DNA of 64,000 nt from an uncultured Fibrobacterota bacterium (GTDB lineage Bacteria > Fibrobacterota > Chitinivibrionia > Chitinivibrionales > FEN-1185). This document shows positions 10,091 through 19,068 of this stretch, in pieces. The notes below the pieces were generated by a model, which made no database searches, had not been told where the DNA came from, and saw only the letters and a list, made by a program, of their open reading frames with translations. The number at the start of each line of letters is the position of its first letter. The stretch's first letter is position 1. A program made the translations under genes and the position numbers. Location: the NCBI GenBank assembly GCA_963729895.1, contig CAVSQB010000015.1, positions 1 to 64,000 of the forward strand, given 5' to 3'.

Positions 10091-10915
10091 ATGTCCCATT
10101 GCCTCTCCCCCGCAGCGGAAAAGATTCTCGACAACAAATTCAAGGTCCTCGACAAGGGTTTTGTCCGGCTCATCGACTACCTGGGCGACGATTCGCGCAT
10201 CGTTGCGGCGGCGCGGGTCTCCTACGGAAAAGGCACCAGGACGTTCCGGGAAGACAAGGGACTCATCAACTATCTCCTTCGCAACGACCACACCTCACCG
10301 TTCGAGCAGGTGGTGTTTACCTTTCATGTCAAGCTGCCCATCTTTGTGGCCCGGCAGTGGATACGGCACCGCACCGCGCGGCTCAACGAAATCTCGGCAA
10401 GGTACAGCGTGATGAAATCCGAGTTTTATCTTCCGTCAAGAGCCGGCATCGCCTTTCAGAGCGAAAACAATAAGCAGGGCCGCGCTGCAACCGCGGTCCC
10501 TGCAGGGCTGCAGAAGAAGGTTCTGGCGATCCTCGAAAAGTACCAGACCGAGCTGTATGGCGCATACGAACACCTGCTCGAAAACAACATCGCCCGGGAG
10601 CTCGCGCGAATCAACCTGCCGCTGTCGCTCTACACGGAATGGTACTGGCAGATAGACCTGCACAACCTGTTCCGCTTTCTCAAGCTGAGGCTCGACGCGC
10701 ATGCGCAATTGGAAATCCGCGCCTATGCCGCGGCCTTGCACGCACTCGGCACGAAAGTGTGCCCCATCGCGTTTGAGGCGTTCGACGAGCATGTTTTGCA
10801 TGGGGAAAGGTTTTCAAGGACCGAGATGTCGGCGTTGAGGAACTTGCTTAAAGGGAAAGCTTCCGGGCTTGAGGGCAAGGCGCAGGAAAGGTTGTTGGCA
10901 AAGATCGGGGGATGA
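10091..10915 (+). CDS. thyX: FAD-dependent thymidylate synthase
   Basis: AARVSY, HTSPFEQ, RHRTARLNEISARY (ThyX motif), ARELARINLP and HAQLEIR motifs. Confidence 0.96.
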   Translation: MSHCLSPAAEKILDNKFKVLDKGFVRLIDYLGDDSRIVAAARVSYGKGTRTFREDKGLINYLLRNDHTSPFEQVVFTFHVKLPIFVARQWIRHRTARLNEISARYSVMKSEFYLPSRAGIAFQSENNKQGRAATAVPAGLQKKVLAILEKYQTELYGAYEHLLENNIARELARINLPLSLYTEWYWQIDLHNLFRFLKLRLDAHAQLEIRAYAAALHALGTKVCPIAFEAFDEHVLHGERFSRTEMSALRNLLKGKASGLEGKAQERLLAKIGG

Positions 10916-11017
10916 GTTTAGGGATTTGTTGATCGAAGTTCCTCCGCTGCAGGCCTTTCGACCTTGCGCCGATTGTCGTTCCAAGCGCTGCGGATGTATC
11001 TTCCCCTCATGCCCGTC

Positions 11018-11839
11018 ATGAATCCTTCTTATATTTCCGCCTCCCGCCGCACCGATATCCCCCGTTTTTTTCTCGACGAATTCTTTTCCGCATGGCAAGC
11101 GGGCTCGATTTCCTACAATGCCGGATACGGGCGAACATACACGGTTTCGCTTCGCCGGCAAGACGTTCTCGGCTACATCTTCTGGTCCAAAGATTTCTCA
11201 CGCCTCATCGGTCATCCTTTGTTCGGAGAACTGCTCGCGGCGAACAATGCGATTTTCCATTACACCATCAACGACTGTCCGGACCTGGAACCGAATGTTG
11301 CCCCGCTTGTCGAGCGCCTTGAATCTCTGTATCGGCTCTGCGACCTCGTGGGTTCTTCGCGGGTGTTGTGGAGGTTTGATCCGATTTGCAAATACAGGAA
11401 GAAAGACGGCAGTATCGTCACAAACTTTTCCGCCTTCTATGCCATAGTGTCCCATGTCGAAAAAGCCGGTGTGAAACGGTGTTACTTCTCATTCATGAAC
11501 AGGTATGCAAAGTTGAAAAGAAGGGACGTCTTGTTCGAAGATTTTGACGAACAGGAAAGGGCGTCTCTGGGAAGAGAACTGCTGAATGCAACTGCACAGG
11601 CAGGCATGCAGCTTTACAACTGCTGCAACCGGGAAGTCCTTCGCCTCGTGCCCGGGATCCGCCCGGCTCACTGCATAGACGAGGAATTCCTCCGGGAAAC
11701 GGACCGGTTCGGCGTGCATCCGAAGCTCTTATTGAAACCGACGCGCGAGGGCTGCGGCTGCTATGAAAGCCGCGACATCGGGTCGTATCTGCGGAAATGC
11801 CTGCACCGGTGCACATACTGTTACGCGAATCCGGGGTAA
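11018..11839 (+). CDS. DUF1848 domain protein (radical-SAM/SplB-like fold)
   Basis: ISASRRTDIP N-terminus, FWSKD, WRFDPI and C-terminal CGC..SRDIG..C.H.C.YCYAN motifs. Confidence 0.9.
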   Translation: MNPSYISASRRTDIPRFFLDEFFSAWQAGSISYNAGYGRTYTVSLRRQDVLGYIFWSKDFSRLIGHPLFGELLAANNAIFHYTINDCPDLEPNVAPLVERLESLYRLCDLVGSSRVLWRFDPICKYRKKDGSIVTNFSAFYAIVSHVEKAGVKRCYFSFMNRYAKLKRRDVLFEDFDEQERASLGRELLNATAQAGMQLYNCCNREVLRLVPGIRPAHCIDEEFLRETDRFGVHPKLLLKPTREGCGCYESRDIGSYLRKCLHRCTYCYANPG

Positions 11840-11859
11840 GGCGGTATGACGAATTCCGA

Positions 11860-12075
11860 TCAGCTATGCTTTCTTTGCTCCTGCGCTTTCCGATCGAGGT
11901 ACTCTTTGCCCAAAAGAAAACCGAGGAAGAGAATGGCTGCCGTGCCGATCCTCCTGTTGAGCACAAAACGGAACAAGCCGAATCCCGATCCGAACACGAG
12001 CCTGAAAAGCGAAAGGGCTGCGCCAATGGCTTTCCACAGGATCCAGAACGGCAGGATGATGATTTTTCCGATCAT
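11860..12075 (-). CDS. Small membrane protein, unknown function (71 aa)
   Basis: Strong AAGGAGGT RBS, amphipathic and hydrophobic helices, basic tail. Lies directly downstream of the cyclase. Confidence 0.7.
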   Translation of the reverse strand: MIGKIIILPFWILWKAIGAALSLFRLVFGSGFGLFRFVLNRRIGTAAILFLGFLLGKEYLDRKAQEQRKHS

Positions 12076-12144
12076 AACGACCTCCTTGGTTCATTTGCAC
12101 AAAAGGAATACGGGCAATGGCAATGGTTGATTGCGTGCTATTCG

Positions 12145-15063
12145 CTACTTTAACGTCAGCCTGTTGACCCCGTCCCAGTCCGGGCCGGGCGGTTCGATCT
12201 CATACTTCCGGCACATGCCGATAATTTCCCTGCTCGGTGTTGTCTTTGCAAAGGCGCGGTACGGCTCCAGTTTGTCAGCCTCGGCAAGAATGCCGATGGC
12301 CGTGTCCCATTCCTGCTTGCAAAAGCTCGCCAATCCCCGGGAATACAGGTCCCGCATCGCCAAAAGTTCAGGAGAAAGCTTTCCCTTTTCGGCCATCAGT
12401 TCATAAACTACAACGGGCTCGGATTTTCCCACAACCGTTATCGTGCCGAGCCGGCGAACCTCGAAAGAGTCTTTCACCATATCATAGGTAAACTGGCTGA
12501 TCATGATGTACACGCCGTATTGCTTTGCCGCGCTTTCGAGCCGCGCCGCGAGGTTGACGGTGTCGCCCATCATGGTGTAATTCATGCGGGTTTTGGAGCC
12601 CATGTTGCCCGTGACAATGGGTCCGCTGTTGATCCCGATACGCATGCGCATCTCGTGTACGATGGCGGGCCACTTGTCGCCTTCGGAAATCCATTTCTTC
12701 CGCAGGACGGCAAGCCTGTTCTGCATGTCGAGGGCGGTGAGGCATGCCTGCTTCGCGTGGTCTCGCATGGGCATAGGCGCGCCGAAAAATGCGATGATCG
12801 CGTCGCCTTCGTATTTGTCAAGCGTGCCGTAGTGCGACAGGAGCGTGTCGGTCATGGCGGTAAGGTATTCGTTGAGCAGTTCCACCAGCCGCGTCGGCGA
12901 GCCGAGCTTTTCCGAAAAAGTGGAGAAGCCCTGGATGTCGGTGAAGTAGGCGGTGCGGACGCCTTCGTCGCCCCCGAGTTTCGGCTGCTGCTTCGAATCG
13001 TACATCATGTCGATGAGGTCGGGCGACAGGTACTGTTTGAACGTGTTCTGCAGGAACTTGCGATCTTTCTCCTCAGTCATATACCTGAACGCCATCACCG
13101 CGGTAAACGTGATGACAATGGCAAGAATGGGCCGTGCAATCTCGATCCAGGTGTGGCTGCCGCCGAACGCGGCCATTGCGATAAGGAAATACGCGAACAC
13201 GGCAATGCCGCTGAGTATGGAGCCCCACAGGGGCTTCACGAAGAACGACATGAAGCCTATGATGATGGCCGTACACAGCAGGATGAGAAAATCCTGCCAG
13301 GGCGGCAGCCGGGTCACGAACGTATTTGTCATAAAGGAATTGATGAGCGAGGCGTGCACTTCTACACCGGGATACGGGTTGTCGACGGGCGTCGAAACCT
13401 GGTCGAACAAGCCCTGCACGGTTGACCCGACGAGAAAGATCTTTCCGTCGAGCCTTCCCTGCACCACGTCCTTCATGATTTTGCAATAACTGTAATAGGT
13501 GAACGTTTTGGCTTTGGGGCCAAAGTAGGTGACGATGTGCAAATTGTCTTTGCTGAGAGGAATTCGAACCCGCCTGCCGAAATCCATGTGCATTCCCGGA
13601 CCCAGGCTTTCAATCGGTTTCCACCCGGTCTTGCACAGGTCATTGAGCACCGACGCGTTCATGACCGGCAGCGACGACGTTATGACGCCGTCATGATTCC
13701 TCACCTCGAATTCGTAGAACAGAAGCCTGGTTTCGCCCGGTTTCAGCGTGTCAAAATCGGCTCGGGTGAGACGGCCAAAGGTCTCGAGTTGAATTTCCGA
13801 CATGTACCATTCGCCGTCGCCGTCCGGCGCGGTAAGCGTCCACATAGCGTCGGAAGATCTCTTGACGGCGATGGAAGGTCCGAGGGCGAGCGAATCGCCT
13901 TTTCGAAGGCCTCTTATGCTGTTTATGTCTGCGGCATGCAGGGCGCCGGTAACGGTGGCCGGCAGCAGTCCGCAATACATGTTGACAACTGCGCTGCCTG
14001 CCGAATCCCTGCCGACCTTGAGCATGGAGGCGACCTCGACCGTGGTCCCGGGCCTGCAGTTCATGATGGCATCTCTTTTGTCAATTATTGCCTTCACCAT
14101 CTTGGCGCTCACCTTCGGGTAGGAGAACCGCAGGCCGCCGGTTGAGTCCTTAAAGGCCTTGAACGGCCTGCCGATGTCGATATACCTGCCCGGCTCGAAC
14201 ACGATCTCCCGGTTGGGCGTTCCAAACAGGGTCGCCGCAACCCGCACGCTTATGGGCAGGTACACGGGGGCGCTGTCGCCGAACCCGCAGAGCAGCGGGA
14301 TCTCACGGATCACGCCGTCGGGGTTGGGGGGAATGTTGACAAATCCGATGTCCCGGGCCGCCGAGGCGAGCCCGGGGAACGTTCCATCGAGGACCGATTT
14401 CCTGACGGGAACCAGCTTCCGTTTTGCGGGCGGCAGCACCAGGGCCGACGACGGATGGAGCGAATCGTGCCACGCCATGGCCATTCTCGGCTCGAGCTGC
14501 GACCGGGCGTACTCGGGATAATCCGCTTTGTCAGCCATCATGACCGCATGGAACACGGTGCCCGCTTCCTTTGTCGCGGCAATAAACTGCTCGTCGTAAT
14601 CGATGCTGGAAATGAGCGGTTTGTAAATGCCGGGAGGAATAGTGAATCCCTTGTGTCCGGCCGCGCACTGTTTCACAAGCGCGTCGAACCGCGTTGCGTA
14701 GGCGCTGTCCTCAGGGTCAAAAAACAGTATGTCGAAAACCACCGCGGCGGGATCGTGTTTTGCAAGAGATCTGAGCATCCGGGCATGGAACGAACGGTCC
14801 CAGTTCCAGTATTTCCCGAGCTCATGCTGGCTCTTTTCGTCAATATTAATAATATAAATGCCGTTGTCGTCGCCCTCCGCCGCAGCGGTATCCTTGCCGG
14901 CCGCAATGTCCTGGTAGGCCCACCGGTACCGCATGTAATACGTCTGGTTCTCAAGCTCGTCGATGAGGTCCTTGAGAACAAAGTTGGTTGCCAGCGCCAC
15001 AACCATGCCCATGGCCGATCCGATCAACAGGCTTTTTCCTATTCTGGTGAGCCGTTTCATCAT
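12145..15063 (-). CDS. CHASE2-domain class III adenylate cyclase
   Basis: IINIDEKS/WNWDRS/FDILF/DGVIR/PGVEVHA CHASE2 motifs and 3 TM helices. Catalytic FTDIQGFS, DKYEGDAI (Lys indicates ATP specificity), MRIGINSG and GDTVNLAARLE. Confidence 0.93.
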   Translation of the reverse strand: MMKRLTRIGKSLLIGSAMGMVVALATNFVLKDLIDELENQTYYMRYRWAYQDIAAGKDTAAAEGDDNGIYIINIDEKSQHELGKYWNWDRSFHARMLRSLAKHDPAAVVFDILFFDPEDSAYATRFDALVKQCAAGHKGFTIPPGIYKPLISSIDYDEQFIAATKEAGTVFHAVMMADKADYPEYARSQLEPRMAMAWHDSLHPSSALVLPPAKRKLVPVRKSVLDGTFPGLASAARDIGFVNIPPNPDGVIREIPLLCGFGDSAPVYLPISVRVAATLFGTPNREIVFEPGRYIDIGRPFKAFKDSTGGLRFSYPKVSAKMVKAIIDKRDAIMNCRPGTTVEVASMLKVGRDSAGSAVVNMYCGLLPATVTGALHAADINSIRGLRKGDSLALGPSIAVKRSSDAMWTLTAPDGDGEWYMSEIQLETFGRLTRADFDTLKPGETRLLFYEFEVRNHDGVITSSLPVMNASVLNDLCKTGWKPIESLGPGMHMDFGRRVRIPLSKDNLHIVTYFGPKAKTFTYYSYCKIMKDVVQGRLDGKIFLVGSTVQGLFDQVSTPVDNPYPGVEVHASLINSFMTNTFVTRLPPWQDFLILLCTAIIIGFMSFFVKPLWGSILSGIAVFAYFLIAMAAFGGSHTWIEIARPILAIVITFTAVMAFRYMTEEKDRKFLQNTFKQYLSPDLIDMMYDSKQQPKLGGDEGVRTAYFTDIQGFSTFSEKLGSPTRLVELLNEYLTAMTDTLLSHYGTLDKYEGDAIIAFFGAPMPMRDHAKQACLTALDMQNRLAVLRKKWISEGDKWPAIVHEMRMRIGINSGPIVTGNMGSKTRMNYTMMGDTVNLAARLESAAKQYGVYIMISQFTYDMVKDSFEVRRLGTITVVGKSEPVVVYELMAEKGKLSPELLAMRDLYSRGLASFCKQEWDTAIGILAEADKLEPYRAFAKTTPSREIIGMCRKYEIEPPGPDWDGVNRLTLK

Positions 15064-15243
15064 CCGCTTCCGTGGGAAAAGGGCCGCTTTCTTGACTGAG
15101 GAGGATCACTGCCGCGTTTTGCGCCCGTGCACCGTTGCTGCCTGCTTCCGGATTACCTACCCATTATATAGAGGTTGACAGGAAAAAACAAGCGTCATCA
15201 ACAAAGGGCGCCTGAGAGACTGTCATTCATTTATTTTATGATT

Positions 15244-16170
15244 ATGAAAGTCGGCCCCGCATGCCTTTCGTGTTTTATTGACGATATCGCCGGCGCGCTT
15301 GACATGCTTGATGTGCCGCCGAGGGCAAGGATGTCGGTGCTCCGTGAGTGCATGGCCTACCTTTACAAACACCTGGACGAAAACGCGCCTCCGTCGTATT
15401 TTATAACCCGGCTTCACAGGATTCTCAAGCGCACCATCGGGATGAAGATGCCCTTTTCGAACCTGAGGCGGGCGTGCCTGAGGGCCGGTACGGAAATCGC
15501 GCGCACGGTTGAAAAACGGGCGGCGTCGCTGTCCGGGTACCGGCGGTTCAGGTTTCTTGCCCGCTGGGCGGTGGCTGCAAACAGCCTCGATTTCCGGACG
15601 GCGGGCGCGGGCTACGGCCTCACCACCGCCTCGGTGGAAAAAACGCTGCACGGCTCTTTCAGGAAGGGCCTCACGGTCGACCAATCGAAACAAATCCTTG
15701 CCGCCGCGAAGGCGGCGCGAACCATTGTTTACATTCCGGATAATGTCGGCGAGCTCCCGTTCGACAGGCTCCTCATCGGCCTGCTCTCGTCATACGGCGC
15801 TTCGGTGACCGTGCCCCTGCGGGGCGGCCCCATAACGAGCGACGCGGTGATGGCCGACGCGCGGGCGGCGGGCATCGGGGCCGTTTCGTCGCGGATGATT
15901 CTCTCTGGCCCCGACACGCTCGGCATTTCATTCGCCGAGATGAGCTCGGGCCTTTCCGCCGCCCTGTCCGCGGCGGATCTCATCATCGCAAAGGGCCAGG
16001 CCAACTACTACGTTCTGTCGGAATTCGGCGACCGTTTCCCGAACGCGGCGATTGCCTGTTTATTTACGGCAAAATGCGCCGGCGTATGGAAAGCTTTCGG
16101 TTGCACCGGCAAGGCGGCCATTGCCGCGATCATCAAGCAACCGGCACGAACCAGGAGCGTGCGCTCATGA
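15244..16170 (+). CDS. DUF89/ARMT1-like damage-control phosphatase
   Basis: N-terminal CxxC, AANSLD, PDNVGE, PITSDA and IAKGQANY motifs. Confidence 0.88.
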   Translation: MKVGPACLSCFIDDIAGALDMLDVPPRARMSVLRECMAYLYKHLDENAPPSYFITRLHRILKRTIGMKMPFSNLRRACLRAGTEIARTVEKRAASLSGYRRFRFLARWAVAANSLDFRTAGAGYGLTTASVEKTLHGSFRKGLTVDQSKQILAAAKAARTIVYIPDNVGELPFDRLLIGLLSSYGASVTVPLRGGPITSDAVMADARAAGIGAVSSRMILSGPDTLGISFAEMSSGLSAALSAADLIIAKGQANYYVLSEFGDRFPNAAIACLFTAKCAGVWKAFGCTGKAAIAAIIKQPARTRSVRS

Positions 16171-16784
16171 AACCCTTTAATCTTGCCATCGCGCTCACGC
16201 TGTCACGAGTCGTCATCGCTCCCGTGTTCGGCTATTTCTTTGTGCGCAGCTTTCACGCGGCGTCGCCCGCGCTGTGGCTCTGGATTGCCGTTGGTCTTGC
16301 GGCATTAATCGAGCTGTCGGATGTACTCGACGGCCGGGTGGCGCGAGCCCGAAACCAGGTTTCCGATTTCGGCAAGCTGCTCGACCCCATGGCCGACAGC
16401 CTTTCGCGCCAGACCATTTTTCTCTCGTTTATGGTATGCGCGGACCGCATCATTCCCCTGTGGATGTTCCTCTTGTTTTTGTACCGCGACGCGATTCTTT
16501 CCATCCTTCGCATCATGTGCGCGTACCACGGCACGGTGCTCGCCGCGCGGCGGGCAGGCAAGCTCAAGGCCGTTGTCCAGGCAGTGGGCGCGTTTACCGT
16601 TTTGGCCTTGTGCCTGGGCATTTCCTACAAGGTCCCCTGGGTCCCGCACAGCGTGTGGGGCCGGCATCCGGGCTTCTGGATCATGCTCGTACCGGCAACG
16701 GTGACGGTCCTTTCGGTGTACGACTACGTCGTGTCAAACTGGCGCGTGGTAAAAGTGATGGCGGTTTCGCAACTCTTCAAGTGA
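16167..16784 (+). CDS. pgsA: CDP-alcohol phosphatidyltransferase (PgsA-like)
   Basis: SDVLDGRVARARNQVSDFGKLLDPMAD signature and GKLKA motif. ATGA overlap with the upstream stop. Confidence 0.88.
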   Translation: MKPFNLAIALTLSRVVIAPVFGYFFVRSFHAASPALWLWIAVGLAALIELSDVLDGRVARARNQVSDFGKLLDPMADSLSRQTIFLSFMVCADRIIPLWMFLLFLYRDAILSILRIMCAYHGTVLAARRAGKLKAVVQAVGAFTVLALCLGISYKVPWVPHSVWGRHPGFWIMLVPATVTVLSVYDYVVSNWRVVKVMAVSQLFK

Positions 16785-16802
16785 CCGGGAAACACGGAGA
16801 TC

Positions 16803-17468
16803 ATGTCATCACCCATCATTCACATAGCGCCATCCATTCTTTCCGCTGATTTCCGGCGCCTCGAACGGGAAGTGAAAGACGTCGAGGCAGCGGGGGCCGA
16901 CCGTATTCATTGCGATGTGATGGACGGCCATTTGGTTCCGAACCTCACCTTCGGCCCGTTCATTATTGAAACGGTGAGGAAATGCGTGTCGATTCCCCTC
17001 GACGTTCATCTCATGATAACCAATCCGCAGGACTATATCGCCGACTACTGCAACGCAGGCGCGAACATTCTGCTGGTGCACGCGGAAGTGTGTCCCGATC
17101 TTCCCTCGGTGCTCGACCAGATCCGCACACGGCGTGTGCGGGCAGGCGCGGCCCTCAATCCCGACAAAGGTGTGGAACTGCTGGTGCCGCACCTTGCGCA
17201 CATGGACCAGGTGCTCATCATGACGGTGTTCGCGGGGTTCGGCGGGCAGAAGTTCATGCCCGACATGGTCCCGAAGATAAGCGCGATCCGCGATGAAGCG
17301 GCGCGGCGCAGCCTCACGCTCGACATCGCGGTTGACGGCGGCATCAATCACGAAACCGCACGGCTCTGTTTTGAAAACGGCGCCAACGTGTTCGTGGCGG
17401 GGAGTTACGTGTTCGGCGGCGCCAGATACAAAGACCGGATAGACGCAATCCGGAATGCGGCGCGTTGA
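16803..17468 (+). CDS. rpe: Ribulose-phosphate 3-epimerase
   Basis: IAPSILSADF, HCDVMDGH, DVHLMI, GFGGQKF, VDGGI and VAGS motifs. Confidence 0.97.
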   Translation: MSSPIIHIAPSILSADFRRLEREVKDVEAAGADRIHCDVMDGHLVPNLTFGPFIIETVRKCVSIPLDVHLMITNPQDYIADYCNAGANILLVHAEVCPDLPSVLDQIRTRRVRAGAALNPDKGVELLVPHLAHMDQVLIMTVFAGFGGQKFMPDMVPKISAIRDEAARRSLTLDIAVDGGINHETARLCFENGANVFVAGSYVFGGARYKDRIDAIRNAAR

Positions 17469-17471
17469 CGC

Positions 17472-18539
17472 ATGCGCACCGGATCCTTCGTCAGCATCGT
17501 CTGCGCCGCGGCGCTGGTCGTTGCCGTCATGCCGAACTGCTCCCGGTATCCGGTTTCCCCTGACGGCGGCACCGTCCTCGAACTCGAAACCGTGTGGCAG
17601 TATTTGCGGGTCTACTGCATCTGGCAGGACAGCATCCCCGTGGCGCCGGACCCGTTTGTTTTCTCTTCGCCGGAGCAATTATTCGCAAGTATCAACGACA
17701 CGCTGCACGGCATTTCCTACACAAAATACGATTCGACGCACCTGCCGCTCAGCATGCAGGTTGCCGCGGTTTCCGCGGCGGCGCCCGACACCACCATCTA
17801 TGTATTCCCCCTCACCGATTCCACGGTCCTTCTGCAGATCACCGAATTCAAGGACGACACCACCTACCCGGCTTTTGTAAACGCGCTCCACGTGATCGCG
17901 GCCTATCCGAAAATCATCATCGACCTGCGGGGCAACGGGGGCGGGTCGATCAACGCCGTGGATTCGATCATCGAGTATTTCCTTCCTGTAAACACCGCCT
18001 TTATCAAGGCCAGGTACCGTGAGTACGACGATGCCGCCCGCACGGCGGCCACCGTCGATTGGGAGAACTGGACCACCAAGCACAGCCACACGCCCTCGCT
18101 TGTCAATGCGCAGCTGGCCGTGCTTGTCAACGGCGGAACCGCGAGCGCAGCGGAACTGCTCACGGCCGGGCTCAAGGACGGCCGGGCGGCCCAGGGCGGA
18201 GCCGACACGGCCACGCTTGTGGGAGAGACCACCTACGGCAAGGGAATGGGCCAGATCATCATTTCGCGCACCTACCTCGACAAAAGGGACATCATGATCA
18301 CGTTCCTTCGCCTTCAGGGCGTAAGCGCCAGAATAGGCGTGTACCACAGAAGGGGAATTTTCCCTGATTTGCAGGTGGTAAACCCGGGGCCCCGCGTCGA
18401 CGCGCAACTCGATTCCGCACTTCAGATACTCGAACCTTCCGCCAGGGTGCTCCCGCTTGCGGTCCCCGCAGCCAAACTCGTTTCGACGGACGCCGGAGCA
18501 TACATCCGGGTCCTTGCGAATCAGGAATTCAAAAAATAG
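17472..18539 (+). CDS. S41-family peptidase, probable lipoprotein
   Basis: IIDLRGNGGG, TASAAE (catalytic Ser) and GETTYGKG (catalytic Lys). N-terminal signal with Cys. Confidence 0.88.
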   Translation: MRTGSFVSIVCAAALVVAVMPNCSRYPVSPDGGTVLELETVWQYLRVYCIWQDSIPVAPDPFVFSSPEQLFASINDTLHGISYTKYDSTHLPLSMQVAAVSAAAPDTTIYVFPLTDSTVLLQITEFKDDTTYPAFVNALHVIAAYPKIIIDLRGNGGGSINAVDSIIEYFLPVNTAFIKARYREYDDAARTAATVDWENWTTKHSHTPSLVNAQLAVLVNGGTASAAELLTAGLKDGRAAQGGADTATLVGETTYGKGMGQIIISRTYLDKRDIMITFLRLQGVSARIGVYHRRGIFPDLQVVNPGPRVDAQLDSALQILEPSARVLPLAVPAAKLVSTDAGAYIRVLANQEFKK

Positions 18540-18555
18540 TAGATCAAGATACGCG

Positions 18556-18729
18556 GTTGGGCGTTACCCTCGCCATGCTCGGGTCGGCCCCACCCCGTCG
18601 GGTGCTTCCAAGGGTCGTCCTTTCGGGCTCGGCTGGCAAGCCTCGGTGCCGCACTGCCCCTATGGGCCCTTCGGGCCGGGGTCAGGCGGCACTGCGCTCC
18701 GGCGCACCACTCCAGTCCGGCCTAACGCG
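18556..18729. repeat. Structured intergenic element, copy 2
   Basis: GTTGGGCGTT.CCCTCGC...GCTCGGGTCGGCCC start and GCCTAACGCG end are shared with 28258-28397. Confidence 0.85.
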
Positions 18730-19068
18730 AAAAGCAAAGAAGCAAATGTTGTCTTCGCCTTTCCCCCTTCAGTGGCGCAGCTGCGGCCGGATGACCAGGG
18801 GCGAGGACGAGTCCGCATTTCTCGAAGAGAAATGCTTCACAATATCTTTTCCATTGTTCCGCAGCCCCCTGAGGGCCGCAGCGATAAAGCGCCACTGCGG
18901 GGCGGCGCGGGGTTCCAAGGGGTGCTCGCAGGAGAGCACCCCTTGGTCGGGGTTTGGGGGTGAAACCCCCTGCCGAACGCAATTGACAACAAAGTGGGGT
19001 GTCGCCCCGAGGCATAAAAGCCCGCCGACGCTGTCTGGCGCTCCAGTCACTAGACATTGCGAAGCGTG

